Source of the DNA: Candidatus Paracaedibacteraceae bacterium
Lineage (GTDB): Bacteria > Pseudomonadota > Alphaproteobacteria > UBA6184
NCBI GenBank assembly: GCA_024236035.1
Contig: JACKLG010000001.1
Span: forward strand, 5,839-69,838
Direction of reading: 5' to 3'
DNA: 64,000 bases
The notes under the pieces are model-generated. The model did not search any database and had not been told where the DNA came from. It worked only from the letters and a program-made list of their open reading frames with translations. The position numbers and the translations under genes were made by a program. Below are positions 41,639 through 51,568 of this stretch, in pieces (positions within the stretch are counted from its first letter, which is position 1; the number at the start of each line of letters is the position of its first letter).

Positions 41639-43546
41639 TTATGCAGGTGCAGCAGAATTTTGCTTCATCATATCAACAAAATTCTTCAAAGTCATTACTG
41701 TTTGATCTTGGGAACCAAGCTGACGCACAGAAACAGTTTTTTCATCTGCCTCTTTTGCTCCCACAACAGCAATGTACTGAATTTTTTGCACACTTAAATC
41801 ACGAACTTTATAACTGATTTTTTCATTGCGCAAATCTACTTCAGCTCTTAAACCTTCAGCCTTTAAAACATCACATACCTCTTTGGCATATGCGTTTGCA
41901 CTTTCCACCACCGTTGCAACCACAACTTGAATCGGCGCCAACCACAACGGTAATTTTCCAGCATAGTTTTCAATTAAAATACCAAAGAAGCGTTCAATTG
42001 AACCCAATATCGCACGGTGTAACATTACCGGCCTATGTTTTTCACCATCAGACCCAATATAATTTGCATCTAATCGTTCCGGCAATACGAAATCTACCTG
42101 CAATGTACCACATTGCCAATCGCGCCCAATCGCATCACGCAATACAAATTCTAATTTAGGACCATAAAACGCACCCTCACCTGGGTTTAATGTATATTCA
42201 AGCCCGGACGCTTTTACTGCTTCCATCAATGCGCCTTCAGCTTTGTCCCAAATTTCATCTGTACCTGCACGTTTTTCGGGTCGGTCAGAAAATTTAATCC
42301 TAACATCCGTAAAACCAAAATCTTTATATACGCTCATTAACAAGTCACAAAAAGCCTTTGTTTCTGATGTAATGCTGTCCTCTTCACAAAATATGTGCGC
42401 ATCATCTTGCACAAATGAACGCACCCGCATCAACCCATGTAATGCTCCTGATGGTTCATTGCGGTGACAACATCCAAATTCCGCCATGCGCAAGGGCAAA
42501 TCACGGTAACTTTTAATGCCTTGTCTGAAAATTTGCACATGGCATGGACAGTTCATGGGCTTCATTGCAAACAGCTTATCCTCAGTTTCAGAAATAAACA
42601 TGTTTTCATGAAACTTTTCCCAATGCCCGGATGCTTCCCACAAAATTCGGTCCACCATAATCGGTGTATTTACTTCAACATAATTTTCTTTTGAAATGCG
42701 TCTGCGAATATAATTTTGCAATTCACGGTAAATTGTCCAACCTTTCGGATGCCAAAATACACTGCCTGGGGCCTCCTCTTGCATATGGAAAAGGTCTAAT
42801 TCTCGGCCTAATTTACGATGATCTCGTTTTTCAGCTTCTTCCAACATGTGCAAATGTTGCTTTAACTGGTCTTCCGTGGCCCAAGCTGTACCATAAATGC
42901 GCTGCAACATGGGGTTTTTAGAATCCCCTCGCCAGTATGCCCCCGCCAGCTTCATAAGTTTAAACGCTTTACCCAATCGTGCTGTAGACGGCAAATGCGG
43001 TCCACGACATAAATCAATAAAACTGCCTTGACGATATAACGATATTACCTGCCCTTCAGGAATATCTCTTATAATCTCAGCCTTAAATTTTTCACCTATG
43101 GATTCAAAAAATTTAATGGCCTCATTGCGATCCCATTCTTCACGTTGAATGGGTTCGTTGCGATCAACAATTTCGCGCATGCGTTGCTCTAACGCATCAA
43201 AGTCATCTGTTGTAAGGGGTTTTTCACGATGAATATCATAATAAAACCCATGTTCAATCACGGGTCCTATTGTAATTTGAGTCTCAGGATACAGCTCTTT
43301 AATTGCTTCTGCTAATACATGGGCTGCGTCATGGCGCAAAATTTCTAATCCTTCAGGATCATCTTTGGTAATAATGCGAATTTTACCACCCGTGGTTAAG
43401 GCAACATTCAAATCTTTTAATTCATCATTTAAAGCTATTGCCACTGCCCTTTTTTCAAGGGAAGGACTAATGCTTTTTGCAATGTCCGAACCTGTCATTC
43501 CAGATTCAATAGACTGAATACGCCCATCGGGAAATTCTATCTGCAT
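41639..43546 (-). CDS. thrS: Threonine--tRNA ligase
   Basis: [42 protein letters not shown]. Confidence 0.99.
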   Translation of the reverse strand: MQIEFPDGRIQSIESGMTGSDIAKSISPSLEKRAVAIALNDELKDLNVALTTGGKIRIITKDDPEGLEILRHDAAHVLAEAIKELYPETQITIGPVIEHGFYYDIHREKPLTTDDFDALEQRMREIVDRNEPIQREEWDRNEAIKFFESIGEKFKAEIIRDIPEGQVISLYRQGSFIDLCRGPHLPSTARLGKAFKLMKLAGAYWRGDSKNPMLQRIYGTAWATEDQLKQHLHMLEEAEKRDHRKLGRELDLFHMQEEAPGSVFWHPKGWTIYRELQNYIRRRISKENYVEVNTPIMVDRILWEASGHWEKFHENMFISETEDKLFAMKPMNCPCHVQIFRQGIKSYRDLPLRMAEFGCCHRNEPSGALHGLMRVRSFVQDDAHIFCEEDSITSETKAFCDLLMSVYKDFGFTDVRIKFSDRPEKRAGTDEIWDKAEGALMEAVKASGLEYTLNPGEGAFYGPKLEFVLRDAIGRDWQCGTLQVDFVLPERLDANYIGSDGEKHRPVMLHRAILGSIERFFGILIENYAGKLPLWLAPIQVVVATVVESANAYAKEVCDVLKAEGLRAEVDLRNEKISYKVRDLSVQKIQYIAVVGAKEADEKTVSVRQLGSQDQTVMTLKNFVDMMKQNSAAPA

Positions 43547-43744
43547 TATTATATCCTTTAATTTATGCTATTTTAACACTTTACATTGAAAAAACCGCCC
43601 TAATTTGTCAAGGAAATCTTACGTTTTTTGAAAATATTCTAACCTGTGTGGTTGATACACGCAGAAAATCACACTAAAATAAAGTGGTATACCGTAAAAC
43701 AAGACTGTTATGCCAAATGTTTTAAAAACATATTAATTCTAAAA

Positions 43745-44281
43745 TTAACGAATTTTTTGATTAATGTAATCAATCATAACATCACGCGCCGTATTCAGCT
43801 TGGCTGCATATTCTGCTGACCCACCTTTGTCTGGGTGATGTTTTAACATTAATTTGCGATATACGGTTTTCACTTCAACCATAGTTGCATCAATAGAAAC
43901 CCCTAATAACTTAGCAGCATCATAAACAGACATTCCTTTTGAAGCAGTACGAGCAGAAGACCGATGGTGTCCTTGATGAGATTGTTGAGATTGTTGATAC
44001 TGTTGCTGACGGCGCATCTGTTCAAAAAACTCTTTTATCTTTTCATCTTGTTCAAAACGATAATGTGGCTTGTTTTTTGTTCCCGGAAAAAAGAAAAATG
44101 GTAAAAAAAATAAAAAAAGAAACAGGACACCAATTGTAACGACAGAAAACATTGACAGGACCAATAAAAACAGCCCTGCCAAAACTAAACTTCTAACCAA
44201 AGAAGATCGCGCTGGTTTTTCAGTGTTTCTAGCCAATACAGCAAATAGATACAAAAATATTAATACTAAAAAACCCAGCAT
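43745..44281 (-). CDS. Membrane-anchored C-terminal J-domain protein (TimB/Pam18-like)
   Basis: N-terminal TM helices. C-terminal LLGV...YRKLMLKHHPDKGGS...KLNTARD. Confidence 0.82.
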   Translation of the reverse strand: MLGFLVLIFLYLFAVLARNTEKPARSSLVRSLVLAGLFLLVLSMFSVVTIGVLFLFLFFLPFFFFPGTKNKPHYRFEQDEKIKEFFEQMRRQQQYQQSQQSHQGHHRSSARTASKGMSVYDAAKLLGVSIDATMVEVKTVYRKLMLKHHPDKGGSAEYAAKLNTARDVMIDYINQKIR

Positions 44282-44291
44282 TTCTTATAAT

Positions 44292-45122
44292 TTATCCTGC
44301 CGTTTCTAACTTCTTTTGCAAATGAGGTAATTGCAACATATCCAAAACTGACCTAATCTCTTGTCGTGCTGCAATATGTGACATACTTAATGGAATTCCA
44401 ACTTCTTGCAAGTCTAATAAAGTTAAACCTTGTACAAACAATTCCCTAAAAATAACACGCTCTGAAAAGCCCGCAACCAATCGATACCCCACACGTTTAG
44501 ACAGTGCAGTTAATATTTTGTGCATTTCTTCTTTGTTTTTTGCATACAAATTTGTTAAACGGTTTCGCATTACAATCCAATCAATGGGTTGCTTATCCCG
44601 CATTAAACGATTCTTTTTTTGCTCCCAAATCATTTCAGAATATACGCTGGGCCTTAAATTGTTTGGGTCGTTAGAATGCAAACGCACCAACATATCCAAA
44701 TCAATAAAACTATCATTCAAAGGAGTAATAATGGTATCTGCATACGAATGTGCCACCCTTGAAAAAAAGGTGTCATTACCAGGTGTATCAATAACAATAA
44801 AATCGCAATCAGACAATTCCGCCATCGCTTCATCAAAACGGGCTTTTTCATCCTGCTCGTTTTGCTTTACATCGTCAAAGTTTGCCTTTTGTAATGCTTT
44901 GCTTACGGGGGTTGGCAACCTTTCTTCATGGGTTTGATTATAACGAATACGATTTTCAATATATCGAGTAAGAGTCCCTTGACGAGCGTCCACGTCAATA
45001 CAGCCCACCTTAAAATCTAAACGTAATAGATAGACCATAACATGCATTGCTGCTGTAGACTTCCCTGTACCACCTTTTTCATTACCCAAAACGATAACAT
45101 ATGGTTTCTTAATGTTTGACAT
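44292..45122 (-). CDS. mipZ: Division plane positioning ATPase MipZ
   Basis: GNEKGGTGKST, IDTPG, TPLNDSFIDLD, RPSVYSEMIWE, SERVIFRELF. Confidence 0.95.
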   Translation of the reverse strand: MSNIKKPYVIVLGNEKGGTGKSTAAMHVMVYLLRLDFKVGCIDVDARQGTLTRYIENRIRYNQTHEERLPTPVSKALQKANFDDVKQNEQDEKARFDEAMAELSDCDFIVIDTPGNDTFFSRVAHSYADTIITPLNDSFIDLDMLVRLHSNDPNNLRPSVYSEMIWEQKKNRLMRDKQPIDWIVMRNRLTNLYAKNKEEMHKILTALSKRVGYRLVAGFSERVIFRELFVQGLTLLDLQEVGIPLSMSHIAARQEIRSVLDMLQLPHLQKKLETAG

Positions 45123-45170
45123 TTTTCCTCTATTGTCATTTTTTCATTTACAAATAGTCTTATCACAGGC

Positions 45171-46160
45171 ATGATCACTTGTAAATTTTTTCAACATATA
45201 AAACCTAATATGAACCAAGAATTAATCATTGAATATAACGATCAAGACCAGAATCTGCAACGTTGGTTACAAAAAAAATTTCCAAACATCGCGTTCAGTC
45301 AGTGGCAAAAATGGTTCAGAACAGGGCAAGTCCGCTGCGATGGCAAACGTGTCAAAGGCAATGAAGTTCTTATATTAGGTCAAAAGGTCCGAATCCCCCC
45401 TTTTGTCACCCAACTCAATGAACAACACACCGTCGAAACAGCAAAGGGACACCTTGCTTATACACCCTCCTCAGCTGAATTATCTGCTTTTCAATCCAGC
45501 ATTATCTTTGAAAACGCTGATTTTTTAATTCTAAACAAACCAGCAGGCTTGGCTGTCCAAGGGGGCTCTGGCATTACAAAACATGTGGATGGATTAATCA
45601 GGTCTTTATATCCCGAAAACACACCTAAACTGGTTCACCGTCTGGATCGCGAAACCAGTGGGTTACTAATCTTAGCAAAAACCCATCAAATGGCCCAAAA
45701 ACTAACAAAAGCATTTGCCCAACACACCATTCAAAAAGAATATTGGGCAGTGGCGGAAGGCATACCTTTAAAACCAAAAGGCACCATTCTTACACACCTT
45801 GAAAAAGGGTGGGCTAAAGACATGGAAAAAATAAAAGTTACCAATGAAAATGAACATACTAAAGCCAGCGAAACAACCTATAAAGTTATTTCCAAAAATG
45901 TTGTTGCCAAAAAAGCATTGCTGTCTTTAAAACCCCATACTGGCCGCACCCACCAATTACGCGTACATTGTGAACATATAGGCTGCCCAATTTTGGGGGA
46001 CAGAAAATATAATCCAAAAACTTCATCCCGCCAACTGCATCTTCATGCCCACCAATTAACCTTACCTGCAGACTTAGGCGGTTTTACATTTACGGCTGAA
46101 CCACCCAAATATTTTAAAGAAACTCTGCAAACGTATAAACTTACTGAAAAAACGAAATAA
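45171..46160 (+). CDS. rluC: RluA-family pseudouridine synthase with S4 domain (RluC-like)
   Basis: NKPAGLAVQGG, HRLDRETSG, TGRTHQLRVH. Start may be 45210. Confidence 0.88.
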   Translation: MITCKFFQHIKPNMNQELIIEYNDQDQNLQRWLQKKFPNIAFSQWQKWFRTGQVRCDGKRVKGNEVLILGQKVRIPPFVTQLNEQHTVETAKGHLAYTPSSAELSAFQSSIIFENADFLILNKPAGLAVQGGSGITKHVDGLIRSLYPENTPKLVHRLDRETSGLLILAKTHQMAQKLTKAFAQHTIQKEYWAVAEGIPLKPKGTILTHLEKGWAKDMEKIKVTNENEHTKASETTYKVISKNVVAKKALLSLKPHTGRTHQLRVHCEHIGCPILGDRKYNPKTSSRQLHLHAHQLTLPADLGGFTFTAEPPKYFKETLQTYKLTEKTK

Positions 46161-46265
46161 CCGTATATTTTTAATAACCTAACGATATCTTCCTGCTAAA
46201 AATGATTTGTTCCCTTGAACTTTGATTCAAAAAACCTCATATTACAGCCAACACAGGATACTACC

Positions 46266-47354
46266 ATGACACACACCACATTAATTGGCTTAAGCTTTGA
46301 TGAACTAAAAACAGAATTACAGTCTGCCTTAAATATCCCCTCCTATCGGGCTCAACAAATATGGGAATGGATATATCGTTTTGGCCAAACTTCCTTTGAC
46401 AATATGACAAACCTTCCCAAAAATTTACGGCAAGACCTAACAGATCGTTATACTGTTTCACGCCCTCTGATTTCTATGGAACAATGCTCCCTGGATGGCA
46501 CCCAAAAATGGCTATTACAATTTGAAGATAAAAATGAAGTAGAAACTGTGTTTATCCCCGAATCAGACAGAGGAACCCTATGTATTTCATCCCAGGTGGG
46601 ATGCACCTTAACATGTACATTCTGCCACACAGGCACGCAAACCTTAGTACGCAACCTTACAGCATCAGACATATTGCATCAAATCTTAGTGGCAAAAGAC
46701 CGCCTAAATGATTGGGGGCCCGTAACTGAATCCCGCAAATTAACAAACGTGGTTCTAATGGGCATGGGTGAACCCTTATACAATTACGACAACGTAAAAA
46801 AAGCCATGTTAATTTTAATGGATCAAAATGGCATAGGCTTTGGAAAACGTCGTATTACCCTATCAACATCAGGTATTATTCCATTTATTGATCAATGCGC
46901 AGATGAATTAGGCCTAAACTTAGCCATATCTCTGCATGCAGTACGCAATGACTTACGAAATGAATTAGTCCCCATTAATAAAAAATATCCCGTAACTGAT
47001 TTATTAAATGCCTGCCGCAGATACGCAGAAAAAACCCAAAATCGTCGCATTACCTTTGAATATGTCATGTTAAACGGCATAAACGATTCCACGGCCGATG
47101 CAAAAGAACTGGTTCAATTAATCAAAGGTATTCCTGCGAAAATAAATTTAATTCCCTTTAATCCATGGCCAGGCAGCGGATATACATGTTCCACCCCTGA
47201 AAATATTAAAAAATTTGCATCTATTATTGAAAATGCAGGGTATATGTCACCCATCCGAACCCCTCGTGGACAAGATATATTGGCGGCATGCGGACAATTA
47301 AAATCTGAAAGTCAACGCCCAGTAAAACACAAAGTAACAAAGGCCATTTATTAA
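46266..47354 (+). CDS. rlmN: Radical SAM rRNA/tRNA methyltransferase RlmN
   Basis: [23 protein letters not shown] 46266 preferred. Confidence 0.96.
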   Translation: MTHTTLIGLSFDELKTELQSALNIPSYRAQQIWEWIYRFGQTSFDNMTNLPKNLRQDLTDRYTVSRPLISMEQCSLDGTQKWLLQFEDKNEVETVFIPESDRGTLCISSQVGCTLTCTFCHTGTQTLVRNLTASDILHQILVAKDRLNDWGPVTESRKLTNVVLMGMGEPLYNYDNVKKAMLILMDQNGIGFGKRRITLSTSGIIPFIDQCADELGLNLAISLHAVRNDLRNELVPINKKYPVTDLLNACRRYAEKTQNRRITFEYVMLNGINDSTADAKELVQLIKGIPAKINLIPFNPWPGSGYTCSTPENIKKFASIIENAGYMSPIRTPRGQDILAACGQLKSESQRPVKHKVTKAIY

Positions 47355-48070
47355 TGTTTTCGCATGAAACTATTTTCCATAACCAACAACGATTTAAACC
47401 ATATTTAAATGATCATGACTTTCTTTTTAAAGTTTCAGCAGAAGAATGCATCGCCTCTTTAACAGAATCTAACCTTACCCCCACTTCGGTGTTAGTCTTA
47501 GGTTATTTCCCGTTATCAGACACTCTTAAACAGCTTTATCCCAATGCAACGATTGATACCTATCCCCAGTTTACGCCCGTTATACCCACTCAAACTAATT
47601 ACGATCTGATTATTTCAATTGGGCAATTTCAATACATAAATGACCCAACCGATTATTTAAAAACACTTTATTCAATTTTAAATCAAAACGGCTTATTTTA
47701 CGGTATTTTTCCAGGTGAAGACTCTTTAAAAGAACTCCACGCCGCACTTATAAAGGCAGAAATGGTATTAACCAAAGGTGCCGCCCAACGTATAATCCCT
47801 ATGATCAGCGCGTCGGATACCCTACAGTTAATCCAACTGGCTAAATTTTCCAACCCCTTAGTCCATGTTGTATCCATTGAACTGCAACACGATTCTATCT
47901 TCGAACTTATAAATGACTTGCGACACATGGGGGCCAGCAACCCATTGGTGGATAGAACAAAGCTTTTCGCCCCCAAAAAACTATTCTCTTTAGCAGATCA
48001 TCATTTAAAACGTAAACATAATTGTGTAGAAACCACTATTGATCTGGTGGTAATGATGGGCCAAAAATAA
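47354..48070 (+). CDS. SAM-dependent methyltransferase-like protein (BioC/NDUFAF5-like)
   Basis: YDLIIS, INDP, GEDSLKEL, GAAQRIIPM, DLRHMGASN. Confidence 0.7.
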   Translation: MFSHETIFHNQQRFKPYLNDHDFLFKVSAEECIASLTESNLTPTSVLVLGYFPLSDTLKQLYPNATIDTYPQFTPVIPTQTNYDLIISIGQFQYINDPTDYLKTLYSILNQNGLFYGIFPGEDSLKELHAALIKAEMVLTKGAAQRIIPMISASDTLQLIQLAKFSNPLVHVVSIELQHDSIFELINDLRHMGASNPLVDRTKLFAPKKLFSLADHHLKRKHNCVETTIDLVVMMGQK

Positions 48071-48092
48071 ATTGGCCCAAAGCACACCCCGT

Positions 48093-49499
48093 TTAGTTTC
48101 CAGAAGTACTACCTGGAACAGCTTCGCTTGAATACGCAGCTTCAGCCACAGCAGAACTTGCAGCTTTATTCTCTCCTTTAACTGAACGCTGTAATTCCAA
48201 AAACTTATTGAAGCTTTCTTTCAGTTCCCTCTCTAATTTTTTGTATTCAGCAGCTCTTGTCTCGCATGCAGCCTCAAGATACTCCAACTCTCCTTCTAAT
48301 TCGTCACTCTCTTTATCTAAAGAAGCTATTGTTGCTTCCCGATCAGGAATTTCATGACACAAAATTGCTCCAATAGATTGCAAATTAACGGATATATATT
48401 TTTCTTTTGTCTCTGACAAATTCGTTTTAACCTCTTCTAAACCTTGTTTTAAAAGCCTTTCTTTTGCTTTTAAGGTTTGTATTTGTTCTACAAAACCTAT
48501 TAATGTTATTCCCACACTTACTGCCTGCATATCAAATTTCTTTGGCGCATCAGGTAACTCTGCAAACATAAAATGCAATGTTTTTAAAACCTCCGCTAGT
48601 GTTTCTTTTTCATTAAAAACCTCTGAACCTTCTATAACACTACCATCTTGATCTAAAAAAACATCCCTATTAAACTGCTCCGGTCTAACATATTGCTTAA
48701 TCAGTTCAACCCACCCTTCAATAAAATCGATAAGATTTAATGTGTCATATATTTCTTCATTAACATTTGAATAAACCGTATCATTTTCTTTAAGTCGACT
48801 CTCTATTGCTGCGATTTTTTCTTCATATATTGGGCCATTTATACGAATCTGCCCATTATATTCTCCCATTAAAACCTCCCACTCCCCCACAACAGTTGGT
48901 AAGCGGTCAACAAGAACATCAAGCGTCTTATCACAGAGCCTAAAAACATCCAACAGCCAGCGCACAGTATGCGCAGACTTAAATCTTACAATTTGTTCGT
49001 CTAATTCTTTATGTTCTTGGTTTAATCTTAATATCTTACCTTCAAATTCAGCACGGGCTTCATCACTTAAATCAGGGGCATGTTCAAGTTTAAATTTCAA
49101 TGCCTCTAATTCAGCATTGATCTCTTCTAACCTTGAATAAGAAGGCTGAACAGGCTCTGCACCAGAAATTAACTCTCCAGGAAAATGTAACCTCGCCAAA
49201 ACCCTCCTTCCTCTCCGAACACTATCTAATACCTCCTTTAACGCATCCAGATCATCTAACCTTCTGTTTTCAAATGCCCCCCTTAACCGACTAATTTCTT
49301 CTCCTCGCTTAACAACTTTGCTTAATGCGTCTACTACGTCATCTGTTTCACACACGCTATCACCTGCCTGTCGAACCAACTCTCCCATCCTATCCGATCG
49401 CCCTTCAACTCCAAATGAACTATCTAATACATCTGCAGCATATGTTTCCGAAATTAAAACGGTTGAAATCAATAAACTTATTTTCAGGGTTTTCCCCAT
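48093..49499 (-). CDS. Secreted coiled-coil hypothetical protein
   Basis: ATG 49499 with AAGGAAAG RBS. Signal peptide ending TYA. Long E/L/K-rich heptads. Confidence 0.75.
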   Translation of the reverse strand: MGKTLKISLLISTVLISETYAADVLDSSFGVEGRSDRMGELVRQAGDSVCETDDVVDALSKVVKRGEEISRLRGAFENRRLDDLDALKEVLDSVRRGRRVLARLHFPGELISGAEPVQPSYSRLEEINAELEALKFKLEHAPDLSDEARAEFEGKILRLNQEHKELDEQIVRFKSAHTVRWLLDVFRLCDKTLDVLVDRLPTVVGEWEVLMGEYNGQIRINGPIYEEKIAAIESRLKENDTVYSNVNEEIYDTLNLIDFIEGWVELIKQYVRPEQFNRDVFLDQDGSVIEGSEVFNEKETLAEVLKTLHFMFAELPDAPKKFDMQAVSVGITLIGFVEQIQTLKAKERLLKQGLEEVKTNLSETKEKYISVNLQSIGAILCHEIPDREATIASLDKESDELEGELEYLEAACETRAAEYKKLERELKESFNKFLELQRSVKGENKAASSAVAEAAYSSEAVPGSTSGN

Positions 49500-49566
49500 G
49501 TTAGCTTTCCTTTTTATTAAGGGGTGTCTATCAATTTTACAAACCCACCCCATAAAAATACAACAT

Positions 49567-49593
49567 AAAAAAAACAGGGCCCGAAGGCCCTGT
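49567..49593 (-). terminator. Intrinsic terminator
   Basis: Minus strand ACAGGGCC-TTCG-GGCCCTGT followed by a T-run. Confidence 0.9.
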
Positions 49594-49614
49594 CTTAAGA
49601 TGAATCAAAAAGCT

Positions 49615-50418
49615 TTACATAACCACACAACAACAACCTTTTTCTTCATTTTCACCACCTAACAAGGCAGTACTTGCATCTCCAGTTGCTACATCACGTG
49701 TAACGTCATCTAAAGAATGATATCCACCTACTGCTTGATACGACGCACCTCTACCTCTATCAATCTCAGGAGACGCCGGACGACGCGTCTCAGCAGTGGC
49801 CCTTCTTGCCTCTTCTAACTCTCTAGTCAATCTCTCAACATCTGCAGTCAAAGTTCTCACATCTAATAAAGCACGCTCTCTAACTGCTGTTAACTCTGCA
49901 TTTTCTCTTTCCAAAGCAGTACTTCTAGCTTCCAAAGCCTTATGAATCTCTACAATTTTAGAAATTGATCTTTCTAACACCACGCGCAAACTTTGGGGTA
50001 CTCCTGACTCTCTCACAACTGCACCGCTCACAGCCTCTAACTTCGAAATTTGAGTGAATAAATATTCTTTTACTTGCTGATTCGTCGCAGATCGTTTTGA
50101 TCTCAAAAGCTTGTATTGTCCTAATAACGCGGCAGCATATTCAACCACGTCATCAAAAGAAGGGTCTGCGTTAAGTACAGGCAAACTCTCTACAGATCTC
50201 GTACTGGTGACCGTAAAACTTGACGCACCACCAACTGATCTTGCCCCTGATTCAGTGCTTCCAGACCTGCTATGTCTGCCTTCAGCAAGTACTGGAAAAC
50301 TAGACGTAGAGCTTGCACTCCCCGGTCTCTTTTCAGCTGCCAAATCAACCGGTGTAGCTGCTGAAACTGAACTCATTGTTATTAAAGTTAATATAGGTAA
50401 TACATACGTATAATTCAT
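49615..50418 (-). CDS. Secreted coiled-coil protein with C-terminal CaaX box
   Basis: Signal peptide ending VSA, Ser-rich linker, helical domain plus coiled coil, ends KGCCCVVM. Confidence 0.8.
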   Translation of the reverse strand: MNYTYVLPILTLITMSSVSAATPVDLAAEKRPGSASSTSSFPVLAEGRHSRSGSTESGARSVGGASSFTVTSTRSVESLPVLNADPSFDDVVEYAAALLGQYKLLRSKRSATNQQVKEYLFTQISKLEAVSGAVVRESGVPQSLRVVLERSISKIVEIHKALEARSTALERENAELTAVRERALLDVRTLTADVERLTRELEEARRATAETRRPASPEIDRGRGASYQAVGGYHSLDDVTRDVATGDASTALLGGENEEKGCCCVVM

Positions 50419-50482
50419 GGTTGCGATCCCCTCGTTTATAATTAAAATGTAAATTAAGTTTTTTATGAATTTATTATTAAGA

Positions 50483-50510
50483 ACAGGCTTAATAATAAAA
50501 TTAAGCCTGT
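50483..50510 (-). terminator. Hairpin after the 50530 gene (probable terminator)
   Basis: ACAGGCTTAA / TTAAGCCTGT. Confidence 0.6.
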
Positions 50511-50529
50511 AGATTGTTTTAAAGTATTT

Positions 50530-51198
50530 TTAAGAAAGACGTGCCAAAAAAGCTGCTATACGATCTAAGTTACCTAAAATCACGGCAACCACAACCACAC
50601 CAGCACCTGCAGTAACACCGGCAACAGTTTTCCATCTAGCGGCCGATTTTTCAGCTTCAGATTTTTCTTTTTTAACTACTGCTAATGCTGTTTCCGCATC
50701 AGCTGCCGATTTTTCAGCGGCTTGTTTTAAATCATTCAATTCTTGATGAATCTCTAAAAGACGTTTAATCGAACGATCTAAAGTCAATCTTCTTGACCCA
50801 CCGCGATACTCTATATTTGTAACGGGATTTAATAAATCAACATTTGCAACTAAATATCTCTTTATCTCAACTTGTGTGTGTCTAGAAGCTCTTCTAAACT
50901 CTCCCACTTTACTTACTAAATACGTAATATAATCCACTAAATCATCAAATGTGGCATCGGCAGTTATTTCTCTGGGTTCAAAATTTATAGATGCTGAAAT
51001 TGTTGCAGCTGACCCAGCCGACATAACAGAACGTGTATCATCATCTCCATCATCAGAACCAGCATGCACAGCTAATTGACCAGATTTTCCTGCCGCATCA
51101 CCATGGGGTGCTTCATCCGCACCATAAGTGGTTGATAAAACTGCTGCAATGCTTAATACGCCTGCAGACAATGTATTTAAAAAATTAAATCTAAACAT
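50530..51198 (-). CDS. Secreted coiled-coil protein with C-terminal hydrophobic anchor (paralog of the 49615 gene)
   Basis: Signal peptide. Shares the AD..FDD.V.Y and L.RSI....EIH..L blocks with the 49615 gene. Tail VAGVTAGAGVVVVAVIL. Confidence 0.8.
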   Translation of the reverse strand: MFRFNFLNTLSAGVLSIAAVLSTTYGADEAPHGDAAGKSGQLAVHAGSDDGDDDTRSVMSAGSAATISASINFEPREITADATFDDLVDYITYLVSKVGEFRRASRHTQVEIKRYLVANVDLLNPVTNIEYRGGSRRLTLDRSIKRLLEIHQELNDLKQAAEKSAADAETALAVVKKEKSEAEKSAARWKTVAGVTAGAGVVVVAVILGNLDRIAAFLARLS

Positions 51199-51568
51199 AG
51201 TTCATTATCCTTTGTTAATGTTAAAAGGCGATTTTTTATTCCGATTATTATTGAAACACCAGGTTTATTAAAAAACTTGAAAACTAATTGAATTCATACT
51301 ATTACACTCAGATTTCAAATTCAAGTTACGAATATTACCGATAATAACGCATGCTTTGGTTACATTCATCTTATAACACGCTTGCACCCTGCAAGAACGT
51401 TACTCTCGGGCAATCCACCCCACGCAGTTATGTCATTTAACTAACGCCTTACCACCAACAACGTGTTAATATCGCAATATAACTACCCTACACCCCACAT
51501 CCAGCAAAAACATTCACTGAATGTGGAATATGTAACAGTTAACTGTCAGATTCGTCGATATTTAACGA

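Noticed and set aside
43646-43673. Hairpin upstream of thrS as a tRNA-Thr-mimic operator
   Set aside because: A TTGACA element lies between it and thrS, so it is probably outside the leader. It may simply terminate the upstream gene.
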